Shown: positions 16,910 through 27,485, counted from the stretch's first letter. The stretch is 32,000 bases of DNA from Pseudomonas aeruginosa (GCF_001457615.1 NZ_LN831024.1:2370001-2402000); one strand, 5' to 3'. Numbers and translations are program-made. The notes: generated by a model from the sequence alone, not told the origin.

Positions 16910-16924
16910 TGGCATGAAAGCTGC
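16910..16924 (+). promoter_or_regulatory. Candidate sigma-54 (RpoN) -24/-12 promoter
   Basis: TGGCATGAAAGCTGC compared with the consensus TGGCACG-N4-TTGCW. The GG and GC dinucleotides have correct spacing. It lies about 70 nt upstream of the ATG at 16994. Confidence 0.45.
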
Positions 16925-16993
16925 CACCTTTCCCCGTGTTGCGGCTGCGCTGAAGTTCGCGGTCGGTTTTCATGCAAGAGGGGATAAACGATC

Positions 16994-17281
16994 ATGGAAA
17001 AGTCCATCAAGATGCTGTTCGATGCCTTCCAGGCCACCTTTGCCGTATCCACCCAGATGCGTCCGGACGGCGGCGCCCTGCTGACCCTGCGCAACGGCGA
17101 AGAGATCGTGACCCGTCGCGTGGTGTCCGCCGCCCAGTTGGCCGACGAGAAGCGCATGTACTGGTTCATCAACGCCGTGCGCCGTGACCTGGCCCTGGAG
17201 GCGGGGAGCCTGCCGGTGGATGTGGTCGGCACCCTGCGTCGTCTGCAGGAGCGCGGCCTGCCGAGCTACATGGCGGGCTGA
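16994..17281 (+). CDS. Small conserved protein (95 aa), paralog of 13596..13829
   Basis: ORF MEKSIKMLFDAFQATFAVSTQMRPDGGALLTLRNGEE...YWFINAVRRDLALE with an RBS (AGAGGGGA). Paralogy is visible by eye. Confidence 0.65.
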   Translation: MEKSIKMLFDAFQATFAVSTQMRPDGGALLTLRNGEEIVTRRVVSAAQLADEKRMYWFINAVRRDLALEAGSLPVDVVGTLRRLQERGLPSYMAG

Positions 17282-17499
17282 ACGGTTCGTCCGGAATCCT
17301 GGCGGAGACCTCCGGCAGGGCGGGCGAGAGTGCTAGAGTGAAGCTTCGAGGGGGCTGGGCGAGGATCGACCGGCCCCCGCTCGTGTCGGAAGGGAAGGCC
17401 AGGGCTGGCCTGCCCGTTCGGCGCTTCGGCAGGCTGGCGCAGAACGATGCAAGGTCGTTCGGGTCAGCATCAGGGATGAAATGACTGACAGGAGTCGGG

Positions 17500-17589
17500 A
17501 TGCTGCGTTACGTCGTGGGTTTTCTCGCGTTCACCGTGCTGGCGGCCTATCTGTTGCTGGGGGTTTCCCAGCACGCCTTCCTGCCGTGA
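17500..17589 (+). CDS. Possible 29-aa membrane mini-protein (MLRYVVGFLAFTVLAAYLLLGVSQHAFLP)
   Basis: Translated by hand. AGGAG (17490-17494) lies 5 nt before the ATG, and there is a single hydrophobic helix. It falls below the ORF-track cut-off. Confidence 0.3.
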   Translation: MLRYVVGFLAFTVLAAYLLLGVSQHAFLP

Positions 17590-17607
17590 CCGGTCGGCAT
17601 GGCGGCT

Positions 17608-17784
17608 TCAGCTGCGCTGCGGAAGAGGCTGTGGCGGCCGTGCGGGATGCCGGTTTTCGGCTTGCCGTGCCTTGCGTTGCAGGCGTGCGCGCCGACGCGG
17701 CACGCGCAGGAAGGCCCACAGGGTGACGCCGGCGAGGCCCAGCCAGGCGACGATCAGCAATGTGACGAAGGATTCGGGAGTCAT
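17608..17784 (-). CDS. Unlisted 58-aa small membrane protein with a basic tail
   Basis: Translated by hand as MTPESFVTLLIVAWLGLAGVTLWAFLRVPRRRARLQRKARQAENRHPARPPQPLPQRS. A strong AAGAGGAGGA RBS sits just upstream of the ATG at 17784. It falls below the ORF-track cut-off. Confidence 0.55.
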   Translation of the reverse strand: MTPESFVTLLIVAWLGLAGVTLWAFLRVPRRRARLQRKARQAENRHPARPPQPLPQRS

Positions 17785-17868
17785 GGTTCGTCCTCCTCTT
17801 ACCCAAGGATAGACCCTGCGGGAAGGGGAATTACTGCAATCGGTCTTCGACCATGGTCTGAAACGCGG

Positions 17869-18195
17869 TCATTCGGGGCCGGCACCGACCAGGGCCAGGC
17901 AGCCGGTCAGGCTGGTCAGCAGGGGCAGGGCGAGCAGGAAAGCCAGCCAGATGGCTTCCATGCGCAACAGCGTGGCGCCGAGGAACAGCGCGACCAGGAG
18001 GATGGTCATGAGCAGGGCGGTCCAGCCGAAGTACATGGCGAAGTTGTCGATGCCCAGGCCGATGCCCCAGCCCAGCAGCAGGGCCCATACCCCGGCCAGA
18101 GCCAGGCCGAGGGCCAGCATGCTCGCCAGGGTCCGGGCGGACGGGGCATGCAGCGGGTGGTTGCGGAATAGCTCGTAGAAGATCGGCGTATTCAT
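17869..18195 (-). CDS. Polytopic small membrane protein (108 aa)
   Basis: Belongs to ORF 17869..18204. The ATG at 18195 (MNTPIFYELF...) lies 8 nt after GGAGG, and the track's GTG start lies inside that RBS. It has three hydrophobic helices. Confidence 0.65.
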   Translation of the reverse strand: MNTPIFYELFRNHPLHAPSARTLASMLALGLALAGVWALLLGWGIGLGIDNFAMYFGWTALLMTILLVALFLGATLLRMEAIWLAFLLALPLLTSLTGCLALVGAGPE

Positions 18196-18386
18196 CGGCG
18201 TCACCTCCGCAGGGGAACTTCCAGCCTAGTCCAGCGGGCGAGACGGCCCTAGACCTATTTGTCATTACGGGGCGTGACCTCAGGCCGTTAACATCCATCT
18301 TTTCCAGGCGATGCCGTGCATCGGGCTGTGGGCCCGCTCACCGTTCGTCGCGCTGAGTCGAAAAAGAAACCGAAAGGGTTGCGTGC

Positions 18387-19250
18387 ATGAGTGGCGAACT
18401 CGCCTCGTTCGAGGTGGATGGGTATCAACTGGTCTATCAGGACCTGGGCGAGGGCACGCCGGTGCTACTGGTCCACGGTTCGCTGTGCGACTACCGCTAC
18501 TGGCAATGGCAGTTGCGCAGCCTCGGCGAGCGCCACCGGCTGATCGTGCCGAGCCTGCGTCACTACTACCCCGAGCGCTGGGACGGGCAGGGCGCGGACT
18601 TCACCAGCGCCCGCCACGTCGCCGACCTGCTGGCGCTGGTCGAGCGGCTCGGCGAGCCGGTACACCTGCTCGGCCATTCCCGTGGCGGCAACCTGGCGTT
18701 GCGCCTGGCGCTGGCCGCTCCGGACGCCCTGCGTTCGCTGAGCCTGGCCGATCCCGGCGGCGACTATGCCGCCGAGGTCTACGCCCACGCCGGCCTGCCT
18801 GCGCCCGAGGAACCATTGGAACGCAACCAGTTCCGGCGCCAGGCGCTCGAATTGATCCGTGGCGGCGAGGCGGAACGGGGACTGGAACTGTTCGTCGATA
18901 CGGTGAGCGGCGCCGGGGTATGGAAACGCTCGTCGGCGACGTTCCGCCGAATGACCCTGGACAACGCCATGACCCTGGTCGGGCAGGTGGCCGACCAGCC
19001 GCCGGCGCTGGCGCTGTCGGAACTGCGCTCGATCGACCTGCCGAGCCTGATCCTCAATGGCGAACGCAGCCCGCTGCCATTCCCGGCCACCGCCGAGGCG
19101 CTGGCGGCGGCCCTGCCGCGCGCCGAGCTGCAACGCATCCAGGGCGCGTCCCATGGCCTCAATGCCACCCGTCCGGCGGCTTTCAACCGGTCGGTACTGG
19201 AGTTCCTGGCGCGCGTCGATGGCGTTGCGCCGGACGTGGAAACGTCCTGA
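18387..19250 (+). CDS. Alpha/beta-fold hydrolase
   Basis: 287-aa ORF with VLLVHGS (oxyanion region) and nucleophile elbow GHSRGG. Confidence 0.85.
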   Translation: MSGELASFEVDGYQLVYQDLGEGTPVLLVHGSLCDYRYWQWQLRSLGERHRLIVPSLRHYYPERWDGQGADFTSARHVADLLALVERLGEPVHLLGHSRGGNLALRLALAAPDALRSLSLADPGGDYAAEVYAHAGLPAPEEPLERNQFRRQALELIRGGEAERGLELFVDTVSGAGVWKRSSATFRRMTLDNAMTLVGQVADQPPALALSELRSIDLPSLILNGERSPLPFPATAEALAAALPRAELQRIQGASHGLNATRPAAFNRSVLEFLARVDGVAPDVETS

Positions 19251-19499
19251 AGCGAGGCCGGGCGAACTGACCGCTCGTCAGCTCGCCGCGGATGCTTTAC
19301 CATGGGCGCTTCGCGCCGGATCAGCTCCGGCGTTTTTCGTCAGTATCCATTCCCAGTGATCTCCGTCCGCGCGCTTCGGCGCAGGGGTGCCGCAAGGCGC
19401 CTGCCACTGTGAGGCAGGCCGGCCCGGCGGGCGACGCTTACTGGCACATCCCAACCCACGTGGCCTTTGGTAGGGGTCACCACTAGGAGAGGAGGCGCC

Positions 19500-21422
19500 A
19501 TGCCCATCATTACTCTTCCCGACGGCAGTCAACGTTCCTTCGATCACCCGGTCTCCGTGGCCGAGGTGGCCCAATCCATCGGCGCGGGCCTGGCCAAGGC
19601 GACCCTCGCCGGCAAGGTCGACGGCCGCCTGGTCGACGCCTGCGACACCATCGATCGCGACGCGACCCTGCAGATCATCACGCCCAAGGACGAGGAAGGA
19701 CTGGAGATCATCCGCCACTCCTGCGCCCACCTGGTCGGCCATGCGGTCAAGCAGCTCTATCCGACCGCGAAGATGGTCATCGGCCCGGTGATCGAGGAAG
19801 GCTTCTACTACGACATCTTCTTCGAGCGCCCCTTCACCCCCGAGGACATGGCGGCGATCCAGCAGCGCATGCGCGAGCTGATCGACAAGGACTACGACGT
19901 GATCAAGAAGATGACCCCGCGCGCCGAGGTCATCGAGCTGTTCAAGTCCCGTGGCGAAGACTACAAGCTGCGCCTGATCGACGACATGCCGGACGAGAAG
20001 GCCATGGGCCTGTACTTCCATGAGGAGTACGTGGACATGTGCCGCGGCCCGCACGTGCCGAACACTCGCTTCCTCAAGGCGTTCCAGCTGACCAAGATTT
20101 CCGGCGCCTACTGGCGCGGCGACTCGAAGAACGAGCAGTTGCAACGCATCTACGGCACCGCCTGGGCCGACAAGAAGCAACTGGCGGCCTACATCCAGCG
20201 CATCGAAGAGGCCGAGAAGCGCGACCATCGCCGCATCGGCAAGCAGCTCGACCTGTTCCACCTGCAGGAAGAAGCGCCGGGCATGGTGTTCTGGCACCCG
20301 AATGGCTGGAGCGTCTACCAGGTGCTCGAGCAGTACATGCGCAAGGTCCAGCGCGACCATGGCTATGTCGAAGTGCGTACCCCGCAGGTGGTCGACCGCA
20401 TCCTCTGGGAGCGTTCGGGCCACTGGTCGAACTACGCCGAGAACATGTTCACCACCTCCTCGGAAAGCCGCGACTACGCGGTCAAGCCGATGAACTGCCC
20501 GTGCCACGTGCAGATCTTCAACCAGGGCCTGAAGTCCTATCGCGACCTGCCGCTGCGCCTCGCCGAGTTCGGCGCCTGCCACCGCAACGAGCCGTCCGGC
20601 GCGCTGCACGGGATCATGCGCGTACGCGGCTTCACCCAGGACGACGCGCATATCTTCTGCACCGAAGAGCAGGTGAAGAAGGAAGCGGCCGATTTCATCA
20701 AGCTGACCTTGCAGGTCTACCGCGACTTCGGTTTCACCGACATCGCCATGAAGCTGTCGACCCGTCCGGCCAAGCGCGTCGGTTCCGACGAGCTGTGGGA
20801 TCGCGCCGAAGGCGCGCTGGCCGATGCGCTGAACGAATCCGGCCTGGCCTGGGAATACCAGCCGGGCGAGGGCGCGTTCTACGGGCCGAAGATCGAGTTC
20901 ACCCTGAAGGACTGCCTCGGCCGTAACTGGCAGTGCGGCACCCTGCAGTACGACCCGAACCTGCCGGAGCGCCTGGACGCCAGCTACATCGCCGAGGACA
21001 ACAACCGCAAGCGCCCGGTGATGCTGCACCGTGCGATCCTCGGGTCCTTCGAGCGCTTCATCGGCATGCTCATCGAGCACTACGCCGGAGCCTTCCCGGC
21101 CTGGCTGGCGCCGACCCAGGCAGTGGTGATGAACATCACCGACAAGCAGGCCGATTTCGCCGCCGAGGTGGTGCGGATCCTCGGGGAAAGCGGATTCCGT
21201 GCCAAGTCCGACTTGAGAAACGAGAAGATCGGCTTTAAAATCCGCGAGCATACTTTGCTCAAGGTTCCCTATCTCTTGGTTATTGGAGATCGGGAAGTTG
21301 AATCGAAGGCCGTCGCGGTGCGTACGCGCGAAGGGGAAGACCTGGGCTCCATGCCCGTCACCCAGTTCGCTGAGCTGTTGGCACAGGCGGTTTCCCGGCG
21401 TGGTCGCCAAGACTCGGAGTAA
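19500..21422 (+). CDS. thrS: Threonine--tRNA ligase
   Basis: Belongs to ORF 19467..21422. The ATG at 19500 follows GGAGAGGAGG. The product starts [20 protein letters not shown] (TGS domain) and has class II aaRS motifs throughout. Confidence 0.97.
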
Positions 21423-21424
21423 TC

Positions 21425-21973
21425 ATTATTAAGCGTGAAATGAGACAGGATAAGCGAGCTCAACCGAAACCCCCGATCAACGAGAACATCTCGGCTCGTG
21501 AGGTACGGTTGATTGGAGCTGATGGCCAGCAGGTTGGTGTTGTTTCGATCGATGAGGCGATCCGCCTAGCCGAAGAGGCGAAGCTGGACCTGGTTGAGAT
21601 TTCGGCCGACGCGGTGCCTCCTGTCTGCCGCATCATGGACTACGGCAAGCACCTGTTCGAGAAGAAGAAGCAGGCTGCGGTCGCCAAGAAGAACCAGAAG
21701 CAGGCGCAGGTCAAAGAAATCAAGTTTCGTCCAGGGACGGAAGAAGGGGATTACCAGGTAAAACTACGCAACCTGGTACGTTTCCTTAGTGAAGGGGACA
21801 AGGCCAAGGTATCCCTGCGATTCCGCGGCCGTGAGATGGCTCACCAGGAGCTGGGGATGGAGCTGTTGAAGCGGGTCGAAGCCGACCTCGTGGAGTACGG
21901 CACCGTCGAGCAGCATCCTAAGCTGGAAGGACGCCAGCTGATGATGGTCATCGCTCCCAAGAAGAAAAAGTAA
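21425..21973 (+). CDS. infC: Translation initiation factor IF-3 (start ambiguous: ATT 21425/21428 or ATG 21440)
   Basis: The ORF from ATG 21440 is collinear with E. coli IF3 (EVRLIG...[12 protein letters not shown]...). In-frame ATT ATT AAG lies directly after the thrS stop, 5-8 nt from GGAG (21416-21419), matching the conserved AUU start of infC. Confidence 0.93.
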   Translation: MIKREMRQDKRAQPKPPINENISAREVRLIGADGQQVGVVSIDEAIRLAEEAKLDLVEISADAVPPVCRIMDYGKHLFEKKKQAAVAKKNQKQAQVKEIKFRPGTEEGDYQVKLRNLVRFLSEGDKAKVSLRFRGREMAHQELGMELLKRVEADLVEYGTVEQHPKLEGRQLMMVIAPKKKK

Positions 21974-22034
21974 CCACCAGGGCACTGGCAGGCCTTGCGG
22001 TTATGCGTAATCACTCAATGCGGAGTATCCGAAC

Positions 22035-22229
22035 ATGCCAAAGATGAAGACCAAAAGTGGCGCGGCCAAGCGCTTCAAGAAGACTGCTGGTGGCCTCAAG
22101 CACAAGCACGCCTTCAAGAGCCACATCCTGACCAAGATGACCACCAAGCGTAAGCGTCAACTGCGCGGCACCTCGATGCTGAACAAGTCTGACGTTGCGC
22201 GCGTAGAACGCTCCCTGCGTCTGCGCTGA
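22035..22229 (+). CDS. rpmI: 50S ribosomal protein L35
   Basis: 64-aa [23 protein letters not shown]... Confidence 0.96.
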
Positions 22230-22252
22230 TTATTAAGGTAGAGGATTAATTC

Positions 22253-22609
22253 ATGGCTCGTGTTAAGCGTGGCGTTATCGCCCGTCGTCGTCACAAGAAA
22301 ATTCTGAAGCTCGCCAAGGGCTACTACGGTGCACGCTCGCGCGTGTTCCGCGTTGCCAAGCAGGCGGTGATCAAGGCTGGCCAATACGCCTACCGTGACC
22401 GTCGTCAGCGCAAGCGTCAGTTCCGCGCACTGTGGATCGCCCGTATCAACGCTGGTGCTCGTCAGAACGGTCTGTCCTACAGCCGCCTGATCGCCGGCCT
22501 GAAAAAGGCGGCCATCGAGATCGACCGTAAGGTCCTGGCCGATCTGGCAGTGAACGAAAAAGCGGCGTTTACCGCGATTGTCGAGAAAGCGAAGGCAAGC
22601 TTGGCTTAA
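22253..22609 (+). CDS. rplT: 50S ribosomal protein L20
   Basis: 118-aa [33 protein letters not shown]... Confidence 0.96.
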
Positions 22610-22657
22610 GCCCTACGACAATCACCGGACTTCGGTCCGGACGTAACGTCACCGATA

Positions 22658-23723
<1,066 letters not shown>

Positions 23724-23757
23724 GCCAGAACGCAACCGGATTCCTTAGGAGAACAGG

Positions 23758-26136
23758 ATGAAATTCAGTGAAAAGTGGCTGCGGAGCTGGGCAAATCCGC
23801 AGGTTTCCCATGACGAGCTGGTCGCTCGCCTGTCCATGGTCGGCCTCGAGGTCGACGCCGACCTGCCGGTCGCCGGCGCCTTCAGCGGCGTGGTGGTCGG
23901 TGAGGTGCTCTCGACCGAACAGCATCCGGACGCCGACAAGCTGCGCGTCTGCCAGGTCAGCAACGGCAGCGAGACCTTCCAGGTCGTCTGCGGTGCGCCC
24001 AACGTGCGCGCGGGCCTGAAGATTCCCTTCGCCATGATCGGCGCCGAACTGCCGGGCGACTTCAAGATCAAGAAAGCCAAGCTGCGCGGCGTCGAGTCCT
24101 TCGGCATGCTCTGCTCGGCCAAGGAATTGCAGATCAGCGAAGAGAACGCCGGTCTGCTCGAGCTGCCGGCCGACGCGCCGGTCGGCCAGGACGTCCGCAC
24201 CTACCTGGAGCTGGACGACTACACCATCGAGGTCGGCCTGACCCCGAACCGCGGTGACTGCCTGTCGCTCGCCGGCCTGGCCCGCGAAGTCAGCGCCATC
24301 TACGACGTACCGCTGGCGCCGGTGGCGGTGGACGCGGTCGCCGCGCAGCACGACGAGACCCGTCCGGTCGAACTCGCCGCGCCGGCTGCCTGCCCGCGCT
24401 ACCTCGGCCGGGTGATCCGCAACGTCGACCTGAGCCGGCCGACCCCGTTGTGGATGGTCGAGCGCCTGCGCCGTTCCGACATCCGCAGCATCGACCCGGT
24501 GGTCGACGTCACCAACTACGTGATGATCGAACTGGGCCAGCCGATGCATGCCTTCGACCTTGCCGAGATCAACGGCGGCGTGCGCGTGCGCATGGCCGAG
24601 GACGGCGAGAAGCTGGTCCTGCTCGACGGCCAGGAAATCACCCTGCGCACCGACACCCTGGTGATCGCCGACCACCAGCGCGCCCTGGCCATCGCCGGGG
24701 TGATGGGCGGCGAGCACAGCGGTGTCAGCGACAGCACCCGCGACCTGTTCCTCGAAGCCGCGTTCTTCGACACCATCGCCCTGGCCGGCAAGGCCCGCTC
24801 CTATGGCCTGCACACCGACTCCTCGCACCGCTTCGAGCGCGGCGTCGACAGCCAGTTGGCGCGCAAGGCCATGGAGCGCGCGACGCGCCTGATCCTCGAC
24901 ATCGTCGGCGGCGAGCCGGGGCCGATCGTCGAGCAGGTCAGCGAAGCGCACCTGCCGAAGGTCGCGCCGATCACCCTGCGCGCCGAGCGTGTGACCCAGA
25001 TGCTCGGCATGCCGCTGGACGCCGCCGAGATCGTGCGCCTGCTGCAAGCCCTGGAGCTGACGGTGGTAGCCGACGGGGAAGGGCAGTGGTCAGTCGGCGT
25101 ACCGAGCCATCGCTTCGACATTTCCCTGGAAGTCGACCTGATCGAGGAACTGGCCCGTCTCTACGGCTACAACCGCCTGCCGGTGCGCTACCCGCAGGCG
25201 CGCCTGGCGCCGAACAACAAGCCGGAAGCGCGCGCCGCGCTGCCGCTGCTGCGGCGCCTGCTGGTCGCCCGCGGCTACCAGGAAGCGATCACCTTCAGCT
25301 TCATCGATCCGGCCCTGTTCGAACTGTTCGATCCGGGCACCCAGCCGCTGACCCTGGCCAACCCGATCTCCGCCGACATGGCGGCGATGCGTTCCAGCCT
25401 CTGGCCGGGCCTGGTCAAGGCGCTGCAGCACAACCTCAACCGCCAGCAGTCGCGGGTCCGCCTGTTCGAAAGCGGCCTGCGCTTCGTCGGTCAACTGGAA
25501 GGCCTGAAGCAGGAAGCCATGCTCGCCGGCGCCATCTGCGGCAAGCGCCTGCCGGAAGGCTGGGCCAATGGCCGTGACGGCGTGGACTTCTTCGACGCCA
25601 AAGCCGATGTCGAGGCAGTGCTGGCCAGTGCCGGCGCCCTCGGCGACTTCAGCTTCGTGCCCGGCGAGCACCCGGCGCTGCACCCGGGGCAGACCGCACG
25701 CATCGAGCGGGAAGGGCGGCTGGTCGGCTACCTGGGTGCGCTGCATCCGGAACTGGCGAAGAAACTCGACCTCGAGCAGCCGGTGTTCCTCTTCGAGCTG
25801 CTGTTGGCCGAAGTGGTCGACGGTCACCTGCCGAAGTTCCGCGAGCTGTCACGCTTCCCCGAAGTGCGCCGCGACCTGGCGCTGTTGGTGGACCAGGACG
25901 TGCCGGCACAAGACATCCTGACACAAATCCGTGCGGCGGCCGGCGAATGGCTGACGGACCTCAGGCTGTTTGATGTGTATCACGGTAAAGGCATTGATCC
26001 GCATAGAAAAAGCCTTGCCGTCGGCTTGACCTGGCAGCATCCATCGCGCACTCTTAATGACGATGAAGTCAATAGCACGACGCAGAACATCGTCACGTCG
26101 TTGGAAGAAAGGTTCAATGCCACGTTAAGGAAATAG
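23758..26136 (+). CDS. pheT: Phenylalanine--tRNA ligase beta subunit
   Basis: 792-aa ORF starting MKFSEKWLRSWANP... with a tRNA-binding domain and B3/4, B5 and FDX-ACB layout. Confidence 0.97.
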   Translation: MKFSEKWLRSWANPQVSHDELVARLSMVGLEVDADLPVAGAFSGVVVGEVLSTEQHPDADKLRVCQVSNGSETFQVVCGAPNVRAGLKIPFAMIGAELPGDFKIKKAKLRGVESFGMLCSAKELQISEENAGLLELPADAPVGQDVRTYLELDDYTIEVGLTPNRGDCLSLAGLAREVSAIYDVPLAPVAVDAVAAQHDETRPVELAAPAACPRYLGRVIRNVDLSRPTPLWMVERLRRSDIRSIDPVVDVTNYVMIELGQPMHAFDLAEINGGVRVRMAEDGEKLVLLDGQEITLRTDTLVIADHQRALAIAGVMGGEHSGVSDSTRDLFLEAAFFDTIALAGKARSYGLHTDSSHRFERGVDSQLARKAMERATRLILDIVGGEPGPIVEQVSEAHLPKVAPITLRAERVTQMLGMPLDAAEIVRLLQALELTVVADGEGQWSVGVPSHRFDISLEVDLIEELARLYGYNRLPVRYPQARLAPNNKPEARAALPLLRRLLVARGYQEAITFSFIDPALFELFDPGTQPLTLANPISADMAAMRSSLWPGLVKALQHNLNRQQSRVRLFESGLRFVGQLEGLKQEAMLAGAICGKRLPEGWANGRDGVDFFDAKADVEAVLASAGALGDFSFVPGEHPALHPGQTARIEREGRLVGYLGALHPELAKKLDLEQPVFLFELLLAEVVDGHLPKFRELSRFPEVRRDLALLVDQDVPAQDILTQIRAAAGEWLTDLRLFDVYHGKGIDPHRKSLAVGLTWQHPSRTLNDDEVNSTTQNIVTSLEERFNATLRK

Positions 26137-26139
26137 CGT

Positions 26140-26442
26140 ATGGGGGCTCTGACGAAAGCTGAAATTGCGGAACGTCTGTACGAAGAGCTGGGCCTGAACA
26201 AACGGGAAGCCAAGGAGTTGGTGGAGCTGTTCTTCGAAGAGATCCGCCAGGCGCTGGAGCACAACGAGCAGGTCAAGTTGTCCGGTTTCGGCAACTTCGA
26301 CCTGCGCGACAAGCGCCAGCGCCCCGGACGCAACCCGAAGACCGGCGAAGAAATCCCGATCACGGCCCGCCGCGTTGTCACCTTTCGTCCAGGGCAGAAA
26401 CTGAAGGCCAGGGTTGAGGCATATGCTGGAACCAAGTCATAA
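26140..26442 (+). CDS. ihfA: Integration host factor alpha subunit
   Basis: 100-aa [39 protein letters not shown]...[26 protein letters not shown]. Confidence 0.96.
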   Translation: MGALTKAEIAERLYEELGLNKREAKELVELFFEEIRQALEHNEQVKLSGFGNFDLRDKRQRPGRNPKTGEEIPITARRVVTFRPGQKLKARVEAYAGTKS

Positions 26443-26779
26443 CGACGAGCTGCCACCGATTCCCGGCAAGCGCTACTTCACCATCGGCGAAGTCAGCGAC
26501 TTGTGCGCGGTCAAGCCCCACGTGCTGCGCTACTGGGAGCAGGAGTTCCCGCAGCTCAACCCGGTGAAGCGCCGCGGAAACCGCCGCTATTATCAGCGCC
26601 AGGACGTGCTGATGATCCGCCAGATCCGCGCGCTCCTCTACGACCAGGGCTTCACCATCGGCGGGGCGCGCCAGCGCCTCTCCGGCGACGAGGCCAAGGA
26701 CGACGTCACCCAGTACAAACAGCTCATCCGCCAGATGATCGCCGAGCTGGAGGAAGTCCTGCTGGTCCTGAAGAAGTGA
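26423..26779 (+). CDS. MerR-family transcriptional regulator
   Basis: Belongs to ORF 26414..26779; the ATG is at 26423. It has a MerR HTH ([28 protein letters not shown]...[12 protein letters not shown]). It overlaps the ihfA 3' end by 20 nt. Confidence 0.85.
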   Translation: MLEPSHNDELPPIPGKRYFTIGEVSDLCAVKPHVLRYWEQEFPQLNPVKRRGNRRYYQRQDVLMIRQIRALLYDQGFTIGGARQRLSGDEAKDDVTQYKQLIRQMIAELEEVLLVLKK

Positions 26780-26868
26780 CGGAAGCAAAAAAAAACTTCC
26801 ACTTATCAGAAGCTTAGTATATAGTGCGGCTCACTTCGGAAGCACAGTCACTGAGCTTGGAAGTACAG

Positions 26869-26946
<78 letters not shown>

Positions 26947-26960
26947 AAAAACCCTAAAAA

Positions 26961-26992
26961 ATCCAGTCACTTAACGGTGACTGGATTTTTTA
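26961..26992 (+). terminator. Rho-independent terminator after tRNA-Pro
   Basis: 10-bp stem ATCCAGTCAC (26961-26970) / GTGACTGGAT (26977-26986) followed by TTTTTT. An A-tract precedes the stem. Confidence 0.8.
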
Positions 26993-27129
26993 TGCAGGGC
27001 GTTTTCCGTTGCTAATTCGAATTTGCCTATTTTGGTTGCCAATTGAGACTGCCTTCATGCCACATCATTCGAGCGTGTTGCTGAGGGAGTGTGGGTGGCG
27101 GATTTCAAGGTGGTTGTTGCGTGAGTGTG

Positions 27130-27459
27130 TCACGCTGCGTTTGATGTTTGCTTTAGTACCATATCCAACTCCGGGTTCAGGTACGTGATTGGTGCCAGCG
27201 GCCAATTCCTGATGTTGCCGCTCCAGCGCTCCGGCTGTCGTGCGTGCGCCACCTCATACAGATCGATACGTCTTTTCAGCAGTTTTTCCGCCTGGCCGGC
27301 ATGTCGCTGCGCCGGGGTCACGAACTTCAGTGCTCTGTGGCGGTGCTGGTGGTTGTACCAGTCCACGAAACGGTTTGCCCAGATCTTGGCTTGCTCGAGC
27401 ATATCGAAGGGCCGCTCCGGCCACAGTGGGCAGTACATGACCGTGCGGAATAGGCTTTG
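27130..27459 (-). mobile_element. Truncated IS3-family transposase (OrfB/rve C-terminal ~110 codons only)
   Basis: Product ...QSLFRTVMYCPLWPERPFDMLEQAKIWANRFVDWYNHQHRHRALKFVTPAQRHAGQ...RQPERWSGNIRNW matches the C-terminal end of IS3-family integrase-core transposases. An in-frame stop lies at 27460-27462, and no catalytic DDE region or OrfA is present. Confidence 0.75.
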
Positions 27460-27485
27460 TCATTGCTTGCCCGGGGGCGGCTGAA

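Noticed and set aside
17290-17480. GC-rich structured intergenic stretch (e.g. GGGGGC...GCCCCC at about 17352-17380), considered as a riboswitch or sRNA
   Set aside because: I recognise no riboswitch consensus and no terminator T-tract. The hairpins alone are not diagnostic in a GC-rich genome.
19278-21410. 710-aa minus-strand ORF antisense to thrS; similarly 23545..25047 (500 aa) antisense to pheT and 25090..25827 (245 aa)
   Set aside because: These are antisense to universally conserved aminoacyl-tRNA synthetase genes. Their products are low-complexity Arg/Ala/Gly/Val-rich with no motifs, so they are GC-bias artefacts.
26414-26442. ihfA / MerR-family gene overlap, considered as unusual coupling
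   Set aside because: Short overlaps are common in compact operons. As far as I recall the pheT-ihfA-merR arrangement is conserved, so it is not noteworthy on its own.
26797-26825. Possible sigma-70 promoter for tRNA-Pro (TATAGT at 26820-26825, with TTCCAC 17 bp upstream)
   Set aside because: The -35 match is poor (2 of 6) and several alternative AT-rich hexamers exist. It cannot be supported without transcription-start data.
26993-27129. Search for an integrase gene, att direct repeat or IS terminal inverted repeat right after the tRNA
   Set aside because: No integrase-like ORF is present, and no copy of the tRNA 3' end was seen within the window. The IS end could not be defined without the intact element for comparison.
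27244-27463. Several 60-120-aa ORFs on both strands across 27125-27777 (e.g. 27125..27484 +, 27244..27453 +, 27254..27463 -, 27568..27777 +)
   Set aside because: They overlap the IS3 and RT homology frames in other frames or on the other strand and have no motifs or RBSs. They are treated as noise within decayed mobile-element DNA.
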